Assembly: GCA_964016885.1 (NCBI GenBank)
Contig: OZ024742.1
Coordinates: 355,508,001 to 355,572,000 of the forward strand
Reading direction: 5' to 3'
Source of the DNA: Eledone cirrhosa
Lineage: Eukaryota
Length of the DNA: 64,000 bases
In this document: positions 29,095 to 39,690 of the stretch, one piece after another
How the letters are laid out: each line of letters starts with the position of its first letter
Position numbering within the stretch: position 1 is the first letter of the stretch
Made by a program: the position numbers and the translations under genes
The notes under the pieces: generated by a model
What the model was told of the DNA's origin: nothing
Database searches by the model: none
What the model saw: the letters and a program-made list of their open reading frames with translations, nothing else

Positions 29095-29100
<6 letters not shown>
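27957..29100 (+). mobile_element. Retrozyme-like tandem array: ~2.1 copies of a 540-bp non-coding unit, one HHR per unit, inside (TA)n
   Basis: Sequence at 28261 recurs at 28801; third partial unit from about 29041; HHRs at 28297-28377 and 28837-28917. Confidence 0.88.
28837..28917 (+). ncRNA. Type-I hammerhead ribozyme with extended stem II
   Basis: ACTCC-CTGATGA-c-GCAATG-[GACAGTT/AACTGTC hairpin]-CATTGC-a-GAAA-CTAATTAG-TT-GGAGT; all three stems pair; predicted GUU cleavage after 28912. Confidence 0.88.
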
Positions 29101-29126
<26 letters not shown>

Positions 29127-29834
29127 GGAACGAGTAGGACCCCGACGGCTGAGCTCAAGCCGTTTAGACGGCTAATTCTGGACTGAATAAAAAATATAAT
29201 CCTGATATTTGAATAGCCGAGCTTCCCAGGGGATAATTCCCTATATGGTAAAAGTGATTTTCACAAGGATTGGTCAAACGTTTGTTGTTGAGACATAATA
29301 ATTCTATCATGGCAATTTGTGGTGGGTAGAGATAGTTGAACCTGCCAGTAGAAGAAAGAGGGAGAGGGGGTGGAGGAAACACAGTCGTGGTGCGTCGATA
29401 GTGCCAACTACAGCTGGGCATGAGGTCAAAGAAGATACCATGGGGGAGGGGGAGGATGCCGAAACAATAAGTAAAACAATATGGGGTAAATACATAGAGA
29501 AATACCGAGAGAGTTAAAAAACAATTAAATGTAAACAAAAAAAAAAACAATTTCTGGTTACTATAACCTAAGGACAGCTATCAAGTCTCTCACTGGTACT
29601 GCTAGACTAAAGAAAGGTTTACTAGGTGGGACGGAATTATAATGAGGCCCTTTTAAGAGGTATAAGTAAACAACCGAATATATCTTACGGTGACGGGTCA
29701 ACAATTGGGGGGCCAACAAATTAAAGAAACTACCACGAAATAATAGTTCAGAATCCCGACACCAGTACGAAATAAAGGTTTTTACCCCAGGCACAAGGCC
29801 AGCAACCACCCAGTGCAAAAAAAAAAAAAACTCC

Positions 29835-31070
29835 AGATGGATGAAGAGAGCTCCCGACTCACCCTTCGACGTCAGGATGGGCGCGACGGATTCGGCTGAG
29901 GTCACAGATCTTATAGGATTATTCCTAATAACCAAACTCACCGATTTGTTTCCTGCATTCGGCGGTGGATTGTACCGTGATGATGGGCTCCTTACCCTTA
30001 AAGGGTACAACCCCAGTAGTAGAGATCGGGACCGTAAACAATTAATCAGCTTCTTCCGCGACTGGGGATTTAAAATAACCCTACAAACGTACCTGACCCG
30101 AGTAAACTTCCTGGATGTTACCCTTGACCTCGATAATGATCTGTACAACCCATACAGGAAACCTAACGACAACCTGCACTACATCCACCGCCGGTCAAAC
30201 CATCCTAGGATCATCACTAATATCCTGGTTAAAAACATCTCCCTCCGCATATCTGGTTTGTCAGCTAATGAGCAGATATTCGAGGAACATGCGCCTTATT
30301 ACAACCAGGCACTCAAGCGGAGTGATTTTCGGGGGGAAATATCCTACTGTCCAGCTTCCATTATGGGAACCAGCAGGCGACACCGCCGCTCACGCAACGT
30401 AACATGGTTTAATACTCTCCACCACGCCGAGGTGACAACTCCTATCGGGAAAATCTTCTTTAGACTCATTGAAAAACTCTTCCCACTACAACACCGCTAC
30501 CACAACATAATTTACAAAAATACCATCAAACTCTCCTACAGTACCACACCAAACTTTGCACAAAATATCCTCTCCTCTAACAACAAAAAACTCAACCCCT
30601 ATGGAAGAAATAACCTAAATACCAGTGGATAGCCGACCAGGAGGTGCAACTGTCCTGATGGATCCATTTGCCCCTCGACAACAGATGCATAGATCGTAAT
30701 GTGATCTACCAGTGCAACGTGAGGACGGACACCTTCAACAAAGCTTATATAGGATTAACCGCATGTGACTTCAAGATCCGGCTATACCAACACAGACTAC
30801 CTTCCGAAACCCGGCCCGGCGTCACGCCACTACACTTTCGGGCCACATATGGGACCTCAAGGATAACAATATTACCTAATATCTCACTTGGAGCTTACTA
30901 TCCAAAGCCAACTCTTACACGGGAGGACGCCGTCCGTGCAATTTATGCTCGGAGGAAACTTTACAAATGCTGTTTTCGACGGACCAACTCCTAAACAAGA
31001 AAGATGAACTGGTAACTGCATGTAAACACTGATTGCGTAGGACTTACCTCGCCCTTAAATCCCATAATGA
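29835..31070 (+). pseudogene. Naiad-like RT (motifs B and C, thumb) plus GIY-YIG, with stops and frameshifts
   Basis: FDVRMGATDSAEVTDLIG; GLYRDDGL; NFLDVTLDL; PYRKPN; SNHP; CNCPDGSICP; VIY...YIGLT; CNLC; LNKKDE. Confidence 0.9.
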
Positions 31071-32245
31071 CCCGGAGGGGGGGGGGGGGGGTGGACTAGG
31101 GTTATAACACCCGACTTACCGATTTTGTAATGGGTAACGCCTACTTGCAAAGGTAGACCTAACATCTTCTTTTATATCTTTTTATCACTTCCTCTATATT
31201 TCCTTCTTCACCCCATCCCTCCCTAGTCCTTCCACCCCAGTCCTCTTTCTTTGTCGTCGTCCTTTTACTTTCTCGCCCACCCGAGGCAGCCCCTCGGTCC
31301 TTTGTAGCCTGAGTACCCCCAACCCCTTCCCCTATTCTATGATAGATTTGGCCGACGCCGCTTTTTATAGCAGATGTGTTAGACCCGGGATACTTGCCTT
31401 CTTATCCGATGGCTGCCCCTTTTCCGTGCTTTCTATATTTCTTAGTGGTATCTTTGCTTTAATTTCTCGTATATCAGTATTTTTTTGGGGGGGGGGGGGG
31501 GGGGATTCTGAATTAATTCTCCGTATCAAATTTTGCATATTATCGTACGAGCATTTATGTAGTTTGCACTAGAATTTTTGTATCGTGGCGGCACCCTTAG
31601 AGATAGTATTAGTTATCTTTTTCGGGATACTGAATTATTATTTCGTGTTAGTTTTTTTATTTTTCTTATTTTGCACTGGGTTATTGCTGGCCTTGTGCCT
31701 GGGGTAGAAACCTTTATTTCGTACTGGTCTCGGGAATCTGAATTATTATTTCGTGGTAGTTTCTTTAATATTGTGTACCCCCACTTGTTGACCCGTCACC
31801 GTAAGACATATTTGGTTGTTTACTTATACCTCTTAAAAGGGTTTCATTATAATTCCGTCCCACCTAGTAAACCTTTCTTTAGTCTAGCAGTACCAGTGAG
31901 AGACTTGATAGCTGTCCTTAGGTTATAGTAACCAGAAATTGTTTTTTTTTGTTTACATTTAATTGTTTTTTAACACTCTCTGTATTTCTCTATATATTTA
32001 CCCCATATTGTTTTACTTATTGTTTCGACTTCCTCCCCCTAGTATCTTCTTTGACCTCATGCCCAGCTGTAGTTGGCACTATCAACGCACCACGACTGGG
32101 TTTCCTCCACCCCTTCTCCCTCTTTTTTCTACTGGCACTTCAGCTACCCCTTCCCTCCACAAATTGCCATGATAGAATTATTATGTCTCAACAACAAACT
32201 TTTGACCAATCCTTGTGACAATCACTTTTACCATATATGGAATTA

Positions 32246-32340
32246 CCCCCTGAGAAGCTCGGCTATTCAAATATCAGGATACACATTTATATTTAGTCCA
32301 GAATTAGCCGTAGAAACGGCTTGAGTTCAGCCGTCTTGTT
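32246..32340 (+). ncRNA. Degenerate long-stem type-I HHR (mirror copy at about 29139-29235, minus strand)
   Basis: Three-copy consensus CCCC-CTGAGAA-..CGGCTATTC-loop-GAATTAGCCG..-GAAA-CGGCT-tgagctc-AGCCG-TC-GGGG. Confidence 0.6.
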
Positions 32341-32432
32341 CCTACTCGCTCCTATTACCCACTCTACTACCCTAAGTATTGAGTACTTTGGTGAGTTATG
32401 GTCCACCTGGTTCCTTACCATATTCCCTTCGT

Positions 32433-32472
<40 letters not shown>

Positions 32473-32489
32473 GACGGAGAGAGAAATAA

Positions 32490-32500
32490 ATAGATAGATG

Positions 32501-32580
<80 letters not shown>
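32490..32580. repeat. (GATA)n microsatellite; continues at about 38302-38324 on the other side of the LINE
   Basis: Direct observation. Confidence 0.97.
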
Positions 32581-32812
32581 CATTTCTATTTATTTGCCAC
32601 GAGGGCACAAAAGAAGGGGACATTTACACAGTGGGGGAGTTTACATAAATCGAGTAAAGAAAAAAGGAATAACAATAATAATATAACAAGAAAAAGTCCT
32701 CAAAAGGGAGGGGGCGTGTTGGGGATTGCACATACCCCCGAAAAGTGTGCAACTCTTTTCGCGGGGGAAGCCCAGAGAGGAGGCGCTCCCCCTTTCCTCT
32801 TCACTTCTTCAC

Positions 32813-35800
32813 CTACAGAACAATGTAGAGAGAAGGCCCATTTACACGGGCCATTCTCGCTTCTTTCACCCACCTTTCATAAAACTGTCTGGGACCAAGC
32901 ACTTCTCTCTCCATCCTGATTCTTCTTCCGAAGTGGTATCGGAAGAAGTAAACCAGGTGATGCCCGGAGAGAAAGTCACCCGACCTCAGACCTTTCAGGC
33001 GCGTCCACCACACAACCTCTTTCATCATGGCTATTACGCACAGAAAGACCGCCTCTGCTTCATTTCTGAAGGGAGGAGGCGGCTTGATGTTCACCACAGA
33101 CTCGGCGGTTAATCGAATCGGAGCCACACGCGACAGCAGTCGTTCGACGTAGCCCCACAGATCGGCAACGCCCGGGCAGTGTACCAGTGCATGCGCAACG
33201 GTTTCCTCGTCGCGCACGCATCTGGGACAGATCTTTTTCGCGGGATCCCTGCCCGGGCGCCCGTGTCTGTAGAGCTTTTCTCGAACGGGCAGAGCCCCCC
33301 GGTAACACTGCCAGGCTAGGGACCTCTGGAAGTTGTCCATGGGTCCCGGGCCGAAAGTTCTACCGAACAGGCTGGCCAGTTCGTCCTCCTCCATGCCTAG
33401 CGACTCTCCAAGGGTGTCGTCGCCCCTGCTAGCCACCAACCCTCTATAGAATGTCGAGGTGGATTCTCCACTGACAGTCGGGTCCGCTTGCCAGATAGCC
33501 GTGAGCGCCTGGGCACACTCGGTGTGCCAGTTGCCCAGTTTTCTCGGTCTTTGCTTCACCCAGGATTGCAGTTCGGTGAGCGAGACGAGCTGTGGGAAGG
33601 CTCGCCTCACAAACGGGGCCCACACCGTCTGACCGTTGAGGAATACCTGTAGATGCCGTAGCCTCAATGCGTGCCTACGCATCAACAGCCACGGCATACC
33701 CAGCCCTCCTTTCGAAGGGTGCTGGCAGCAGATGGATCTCCTCACCATGGGAGGCCGCTTCTTCCAGAGGAACTGGAAGAGCATGCGTTCCATGATGGTG
33801 AGCTTTTCCTTGGGGCAAGGCACGACGGTCAGGCGGTAGTAGATGACGGACGCTATGTAAGCGTTCGTCACCTCCGCCCGACCTTTCAGTGATAGTTTGC
33901 ACTTGGCCCACTTCTGGGTCAGCGCAAACACCCTGCTCGTCACCTCGCCCCAATTCTTCTCCACCTGGAGGTCCGGTCCGAACCAGACCCCGAGCAGCTT
34001 CACCGGGCCCTCCGTCCACCGCCCGACGACACCGTCTAACGGCATCGGTTTGCCCCTCCACGTTCCGAGTTGCAAACCGACTGACTTGTCCTGGTTCAGC
34101 TTAGCCCCCGTCAGCCTTTCGTATTCCTCCAGTAGGGTGGCGATCGCCCCGATTTCCGAGGCGTCCGCCACCATTACTGTTACGTCGTCGGCATAGGCCG
34201 AGACCGCTTTGTGCAATCCCGGTTCCAGGGGTATGCCCCGCAGCAACTCCAACTTCCGCAGCAGTGGCTCGAGAGTCAATACGTACAGAAGGAAGGAGAG
34301 GGGGCACCCCTGTCTGATGGATCGGGTGATTTGAAACGGCTCCGAGAGGTAGCCGTTTACTTTAATCCTAGAGTAGATGTTGCCACTGTGCATGGCAGAA
34401 ATCCAGCCCCTGAAAACGGGTCCGAAGCCCGCCGCCGCTAGCACCGCATCCAGGTAACCATGGTCGACCCTATCGAACGCCTTAGATTGATCCAAGTTGA
34501 TCAGGGCCCCACCAAAGCCGGGTTCGTAGCCAACCCTCTCTATGATGTATCGCATGAGGTGGAGGTTGTCGTGAATGGACCTGGACGGGATAGCGCATGT
34601 CTGCGCGTCTCCCACCAAACCACCCACCACACCACCCACCACAAGCGCCAACCTCTTCGCCAACACCTTGGCCAAAATCTGTAACTCTGCATTCAGCAGA
34701 GTTATGGGCCTAAAGTTACTTAAGTCGTCCCCCTTGCTCTCGTCCTTCCTCACTAGCGTGACCACGCCCTTGGTCACAGAACAGGGAATTCTCCCGTTCT
34801 GTTGCCAGTTGCAATAGACAGCCTCGAGGAGTTCGGAGAACAAGACCGGCATAGCTAAATAAAGTTCGTATGGTAGACCATCGAGACCCGGGGATTTGCG
34901 TCTGCTGCATTGGCTGAGCGCTTCCCCGATTTCAGTGGCTGTGATTGGCCTTTCGCAGCACTCCGCTTCGCCGCTCGAAAGACGCGGTAGACCGTCGAGG
35001 TATGGACCGAAGTCCACATCCCCGTCCGGCCCCCCGCCACCTCCGAACAGTCGAGCAAAGTGCCTTTGAAAGGTCTCGCACATTCGCTCAGGTTCAAGGA
35101 TCACCCGTCCATCCTGGTCTCGCAAAGACCGAATGGTGGATTTAATCCCACTCTTGGCTTCTGTCACGCGGGCCCAGCTAACAGCTTTGGTCCCCTCGTT
35201 TCCTAAAGCACGTATTTTACTTCGGACAACGCAGCCTTCGTGCTTCGCGTCAAAGAACTGGCTCAATGCCATTCTCGTCGCTAACACTCTGGCTACGTCT
35301 CCGCTCCTAATCGCCTCTTCTAGTTTATCTGTTAACTCCCTTTCCCTCCTATTTCTATTCGCCGCTAGTTCCTTACTGTAACCTATCGAACTTACTCTAA
35401 TCTCTCTCTTTAGAGATATCCACCACCTACTGTTGACGATCGCTCCCGTCAACCGCATCTTAACTAAGCTACTAATCCGGTTTCTGTAATCTTTCTTTGT
35501 CGGTAAGGACAAGTTCATCTTCCAGTAACCGGGACCCTGTCTATGCGTTCTATCAAGGTTGACCACGCAGGTCACTAATTTGTGATCTGAATAGCCAACC
35601 ATGATCAGTTCTGGACAACTAAATACGTCCCTATCCTTACTCCTAACCAAAAACCTATCTAGGTACGATCTAGATTGTCCACTGCGGTTTGCCCAGGTCC
35701 AGGTTGGCGCAGTTGGACAATCTAGTCGAAATCTATCGACCAGGTCGAATCGATCGAGTAACCCCTTGAGGCTGCTACACCCCCCTCTATCGGGACATGC

Positions 35801-36266
35801 CCCTGCATAGTCCCAACGCGCATCTAGGATTCCATTCCAGTCCCCCACTAAAAGCAGGGAACGCGACGTTACTAGAAAAGTCTCCAGACGCTGGAAGAAG
35901 TCGGCTCTTCCCCCCCCGAAGGGAGCATAAAGACCGACCAGTCTGAAAGCCCCGCCTTCACCGCCTCCGACGTCCAGCACCAGTAATCGACCCCCCGGGT
36001 CCGAGTGAACAAGCTGTACGTCGAGAGTCAGACGTTTATCCAGCAGTACGGCAACTCCCCCCCCCCCCGCCTCCGGGTTGACAGAGAGATGGGTGCATCT
36101 CAAAGTCATCGAAGGCGGGCGCCAGCTGTCTCACGCTGCTGATCCGACTCTCGCAAACAACCATCACATCTATACTTTGTGACCTGAGGTCACTTAGAAG
36201 CTTTGCTTGCTTCCAAGCTGAGCCCAGGCCACGCGCGTTCAAACAGCCAACTCTCAATTGATCTAT
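32813..36266 (-). CDS. ORF2: APE endonuclease, reverse transcriptase and C-terminal CCHC finger; one frameshift in a homopolymer at about 36057-36068; expected ATG reads ATA
   Basis: LNARGL, CE, GGVAVL, LYAP, GDWN, YLDR, SDH (APE); KSPGLDG, RPITLLN, LDQSKAFDRV, RQGCPLS, YADD (RT); CPRC..ETVAHALVHC; joins ORFs 36036-36257 and 32813-36109. Confidence 0.93.
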
Positions 36267-38099
36267 TTTGGTGTTGAAAGTGAAGAAAGAAAAGCACTTA
36301 CCTCTCCGGGTTGCGTAATTTCCATGGCATCAGGTGTGTTGGGTGGAGGGATGTTTTGTGGTGGTGTGGGGGTACACGTGTGTGGTGGGGTTGGGGTATT
36401 TGGAGTTGTGTCAGGGAGAGGGGCGGTTATGGGGAAATCTTTCAAGAGGACGCGATTCAACGGTTTTAAACAGGGGGGGGGCTCACGTCCCGTCTAAATT
36501 GTTCTTTTAAGGAACGATAAAGGTCCAGAGGGACCTTTATCATTTTTAAATGGGTGAAGTTCTCTGTTGAGATAAAGTTTGGCCCTTCGGTCTGCACCAT
36601 AGGGTTATTGTTTATTAATTTAACCAGTTTTTTGTTTTCTTTATTTATATATGTGTATTGCAACGTCTTTTTTTGTGATGCTGTCAATGTTTCGGAGAGG
36701 GGAGGCGCAGATTTATTTTTGTTTGTTGAGGGTGGGGTGTTTTTGATTGGAGTTGGTGTTTGTGTGTGGGTTATTTGTGGTGTGCTGGGTGTGTGTTTTC
36801 TTTTTTTTCTTTTAACTTGTCTGAAGGCTTCTCCTCCTTCTTCTTCAGAAGTTGGGGGAAACTCTTCAGCGCTAGGTAGGAGGGACGTGTTGTGTGGTTG
36901 TTTTTTTTTGCGGGAGGGGTAGATTTGTTACTGTTTTTTTTATTATTTGTTTGGAATGGGTTTTGTGGTGGTGGTGGTAATGTTTGTGTCGTGCTTGTGG
37001 TTGGTGATGGTGGTGGTGATGTTTGTGTTGTGGTTGGTGGTGGTGATTTTTGTGTCGTGCTTGTGTTTGGTGCTGGTGGTGGTGATGTTTGTGTTGTGTT
37101 TGTGGTTGGTGGTGTCTGTATTTTGTTTGCTGTGTGTGGTATTAGTGTATTTTTGGAGGTGGGTGGTGTTGGTGTACTGTTGGTGGTGGGTGTGGGCAAT
37201 AGTCCTTTTTGGGGGATACGTTTCGGGCAGTTAGCCTTAACGTGTCCCCTTTCCATGCATAAATAGCATGCTGGTCTTCTCCCCTCTACAATTATGTCTA
37301 TTGGGGTAAGGTCATCCAGCCAGATGCGATCCGGGATTTGTGCTATTCTTTCGGGCCTCATTTGGACTAGTATGTCGAGGCCCATTCCCAGGAACGCATC
37401 TCCAGTTGCCTTCCCCATTGACAGCATTGTGTCTTCGCCCATATCAATGAAGCCAGCAATAGCCCACCAGAAGTCCATTGTGGGCAGCATTGTTTTTACT
37501 TTTACTCTCTGTGTTCTTCTACCCATGTAGGAGGGATAGAAGCTATATGTTGTCGACGAGAGTGGGCTTAGGGAAAGCTTCTCCGCCGTTTCTTTGTCTC
37601 TTGTTAGGACCGAAATGCTGCCATAGAGTCGGTCCTTTCGTATGAAGAGAATATTCTTCATATAGTCTTTTAGGACTAACTCTATTTCCATTTTGCTGGG
37701 CTGTGCTGGCTTTCTTGTCTGGTTCAGTATAGTTCTGTAGAGAACTGTGTTTTCTGCTCTGGCTTTCTTGAATTCTGGGGGGGGGGAGTTAATGGAAAAC
37801 ATTCCGTTCTCCCCCAAAACAATGTGTTTCTTTGCTTCGGCCAGTTTTTCTCTGGCGGCAGTTAGGTCAATTGGTGTGTATGTAATGGATTGTTTTGTTT
37901 TCTGGGCGAAAGTTGCCCTGTCGTTATTTGTATTATTTTCTGTTTGTTTGTTTTCTGTTTGCTCATTTTCCTTAACATTTGTTTTTTCATTTTGTTTGTT
38001 TGTTTCAATGTCTAATTTTGTTGTAATTATTTTTTGTTCTTCAGACTTGGGGGGCGTGGCAGAGCTAATGGCAGACATCTCTGCTATCTTTTCCGCCAT
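36263..38099 (-). CDS. ORF1 (gag-like): CX2CX4HX4C zinc knuckle, Thr/Pro-rich linker, basic C-terminus; two homopolymer frameshifts
   Basis: TFAQK, PSYMGRR, IIVEGRRPACYLCMERGHVKANC; pieces 36771-38126, 36466-36687 and 36263-36460 join at runs near 36901-36909 and 36473-36482. Confidence 0.88.
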
Positions 38100-39239
38100 G
38101 CTGCCAAGAAAGAAATTTTTCGGCAAAAATAGATATTTATTTTACCCCCTAAAAAGGGGGTAAATGCAAAAATGTTTCCCTAAATAACAGGGGTTAGTGT
38201 TCCAAATGTGTTGCACTAAAAAATGTATCCGGTACTTACAATAGTAAGGGTAAATCCCGATGGAATAGCGGAGCCGATGCGAAGCGTGTCTTACTCTATC
38301 AAGATAGATAGATAGATAGATAGATTGCTGAACAGTATTCAAACTGTCATTAATATTTAACAAGAAAGTCAATCTAAACATTATTTGAATAATTTTTGAA
38401 GGTACGTACATGATTATCAAATATTTTCCCCGGTAGCATAGAGATGAGTAACGACCTACTATATATAATTTCATAGAGAACAATATGAAACATTTTGTAT
38501 TTTAATGATTAGCAAGCTTTCCCTAAAAGTAATACATTCCTGGTATCACAAGTTTAACGCATTGCATTAGAAATTGACAGTTAAATATTTAACGACTTGG
38601 GAAATTATCGAGTTTAATGTGATAATTAGTGAACAAATTAATTAATTGTAATCTTGTTTCTGCTGTGTTTCGTCGAAATATAGAGGATGATGAACGTACC
38701 TTACTCTTCACAAGAAAACGTGAAAGCATGTTTACTATATAAGCAACAACATATAGACTTGTCTCATGTCCCATGGGAATTCCTGTAAATTAGGCAGCTA
38801 TTTAAACCAAATCGGGAATGTCTATAACAATTAGCAAAATGCCGAAGGGTATATACCACAATGCCGAAGGGTATATACCACAATGGAGCATCCTGCATAA
38901 TAAATACAAATACAATAGGCTTTCACATATGAAATCTGAAATCTACTACAATGAATAATTTTGATTGTAACATATGAGTGAATAATTTTGTAGAGCAGAT
39001 TTCTCATTTGGGATGATTAAAATCTAAGCATATTACACGAGAGAAATAAGTTAATGAAGTTGAATTGATTCATCGGTTTTTTTTTTGTTTTGTTTTTTTT
39101 TTCTGTGGAGACGTTATACAAAGTATGCAGACATAACCTTATCTTATTTTCGAAGCGAAAGATACAATAGCAAACGCTGAACGCCGTTGATGCCATGTAA
39201 TTTCTTCAGCAGGATTAAGAGTGATTGATGTATATAAAA

Positions 39240-39560
39240 ATATAGCGATTTTCTCCAAAGGGTCTTTGGAGTAACATTATTCGATAGAGTGCGTAGCTCA
39301 GAGATCAGAATGTCACTTAACGTAGAGCCACTACATCTCCGAATTAAGAAATTACAGCTCTCATAATATAAAGCATGTGATTAGAATGTCTCAGGAATCG
39401 CTGGACAGATTTTACGGGCAAAACCAATGGGCAGGAGACGCCGTGTTTAGACCCCTAGCAAGATGGTTAAATAACATCCATGAGCTTGAATGGTCTTGCT
39501 TCTGACAGTCCCGCTGGAATCTACCCCCTTCACCCGCTCAGGAATAAGTGGGTGAATAAG
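39240..39560 (+). mobile_element. Degenerate RTE-like LINE 3' fragment (different family)
   Basis: DRVRSSEIRMSLNVEPLHLRIKKLQL...HVIRM...KPMGRRR. Confidence 0.6.
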
Positions 39561-39564
39561 AAGT

Positions 39565-39690
39565 GCAAGAAAAGGAGAGAGAGAAAATTAACCGATACTA
39601 GGACTTAAAGTGGGAGTTGAAAAGGATTTGGAACTGCCATGAAATCAATGTCGTCCCGATTGTCATAGACTTACAAGGTACTATCTCAAA
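39565..39690 (+). mobile_element. R4/Dong-like RLE C-terminal fragment
   Basis: KEREKINRY*DLKWELKRIWNCHEINVVPIVIDLQG resembles KLSKYKDLEIEIGKMW...IPVVVGAL at 61.5 kb. Confidence 0.65.

Larger units (their letters stand above)
29126..32433 (+). mobile_element. Naiad-like PLE, 5'-truncated, preceded by a ~700-bp inverted copy of its 3' region; (TA)n on both sides
   Basis: 29126-29830 is the reverse complement of about 31650-32352 (ORFs 29561(-)/31578(+) and 29164(-)/32073(+) mirror each other). Confidence 0.92.
32581..38300 (-). mobile_element. Full-length Tx1-like (L1 group) non-LTR retrotransposon, nearly intact
   Basis: 5' UTR, ORF1, ORF2, 3' UTR with AATAAA (about 32590); (GATA)n at both ends. 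Confidence 0.95.

Noticed and set aside
31030-31032. In-frame TGA in a Naiad GIY-YIG tail as possible selenocysteine (some Naiads encode selenoproteins)
   Set aside because: It follows CKH and aligns to Lys in the 616-1875 copy, not to Cys; CGA-to-TGA decay is likelier. Conserved Cys positions in the copies checked are Cys codons, and no SECIS was recognised.
36263-36301. Mini-intron in the inter-ORF spacer fusing ORF1 to ORF2
   Set aside because: Using the nearest AG gives out-of-frame products here and at 58.25 kb; the 40.3-kb copy has no AG between donor and ATG; 39-50 nt is very short for an intron.
38838-38885. 22-bp tandem duplication AATGCCGAAGGGTATATACCAC
   Set aside because: Ordinary slippage duplication or empty-site footprint; no further support.
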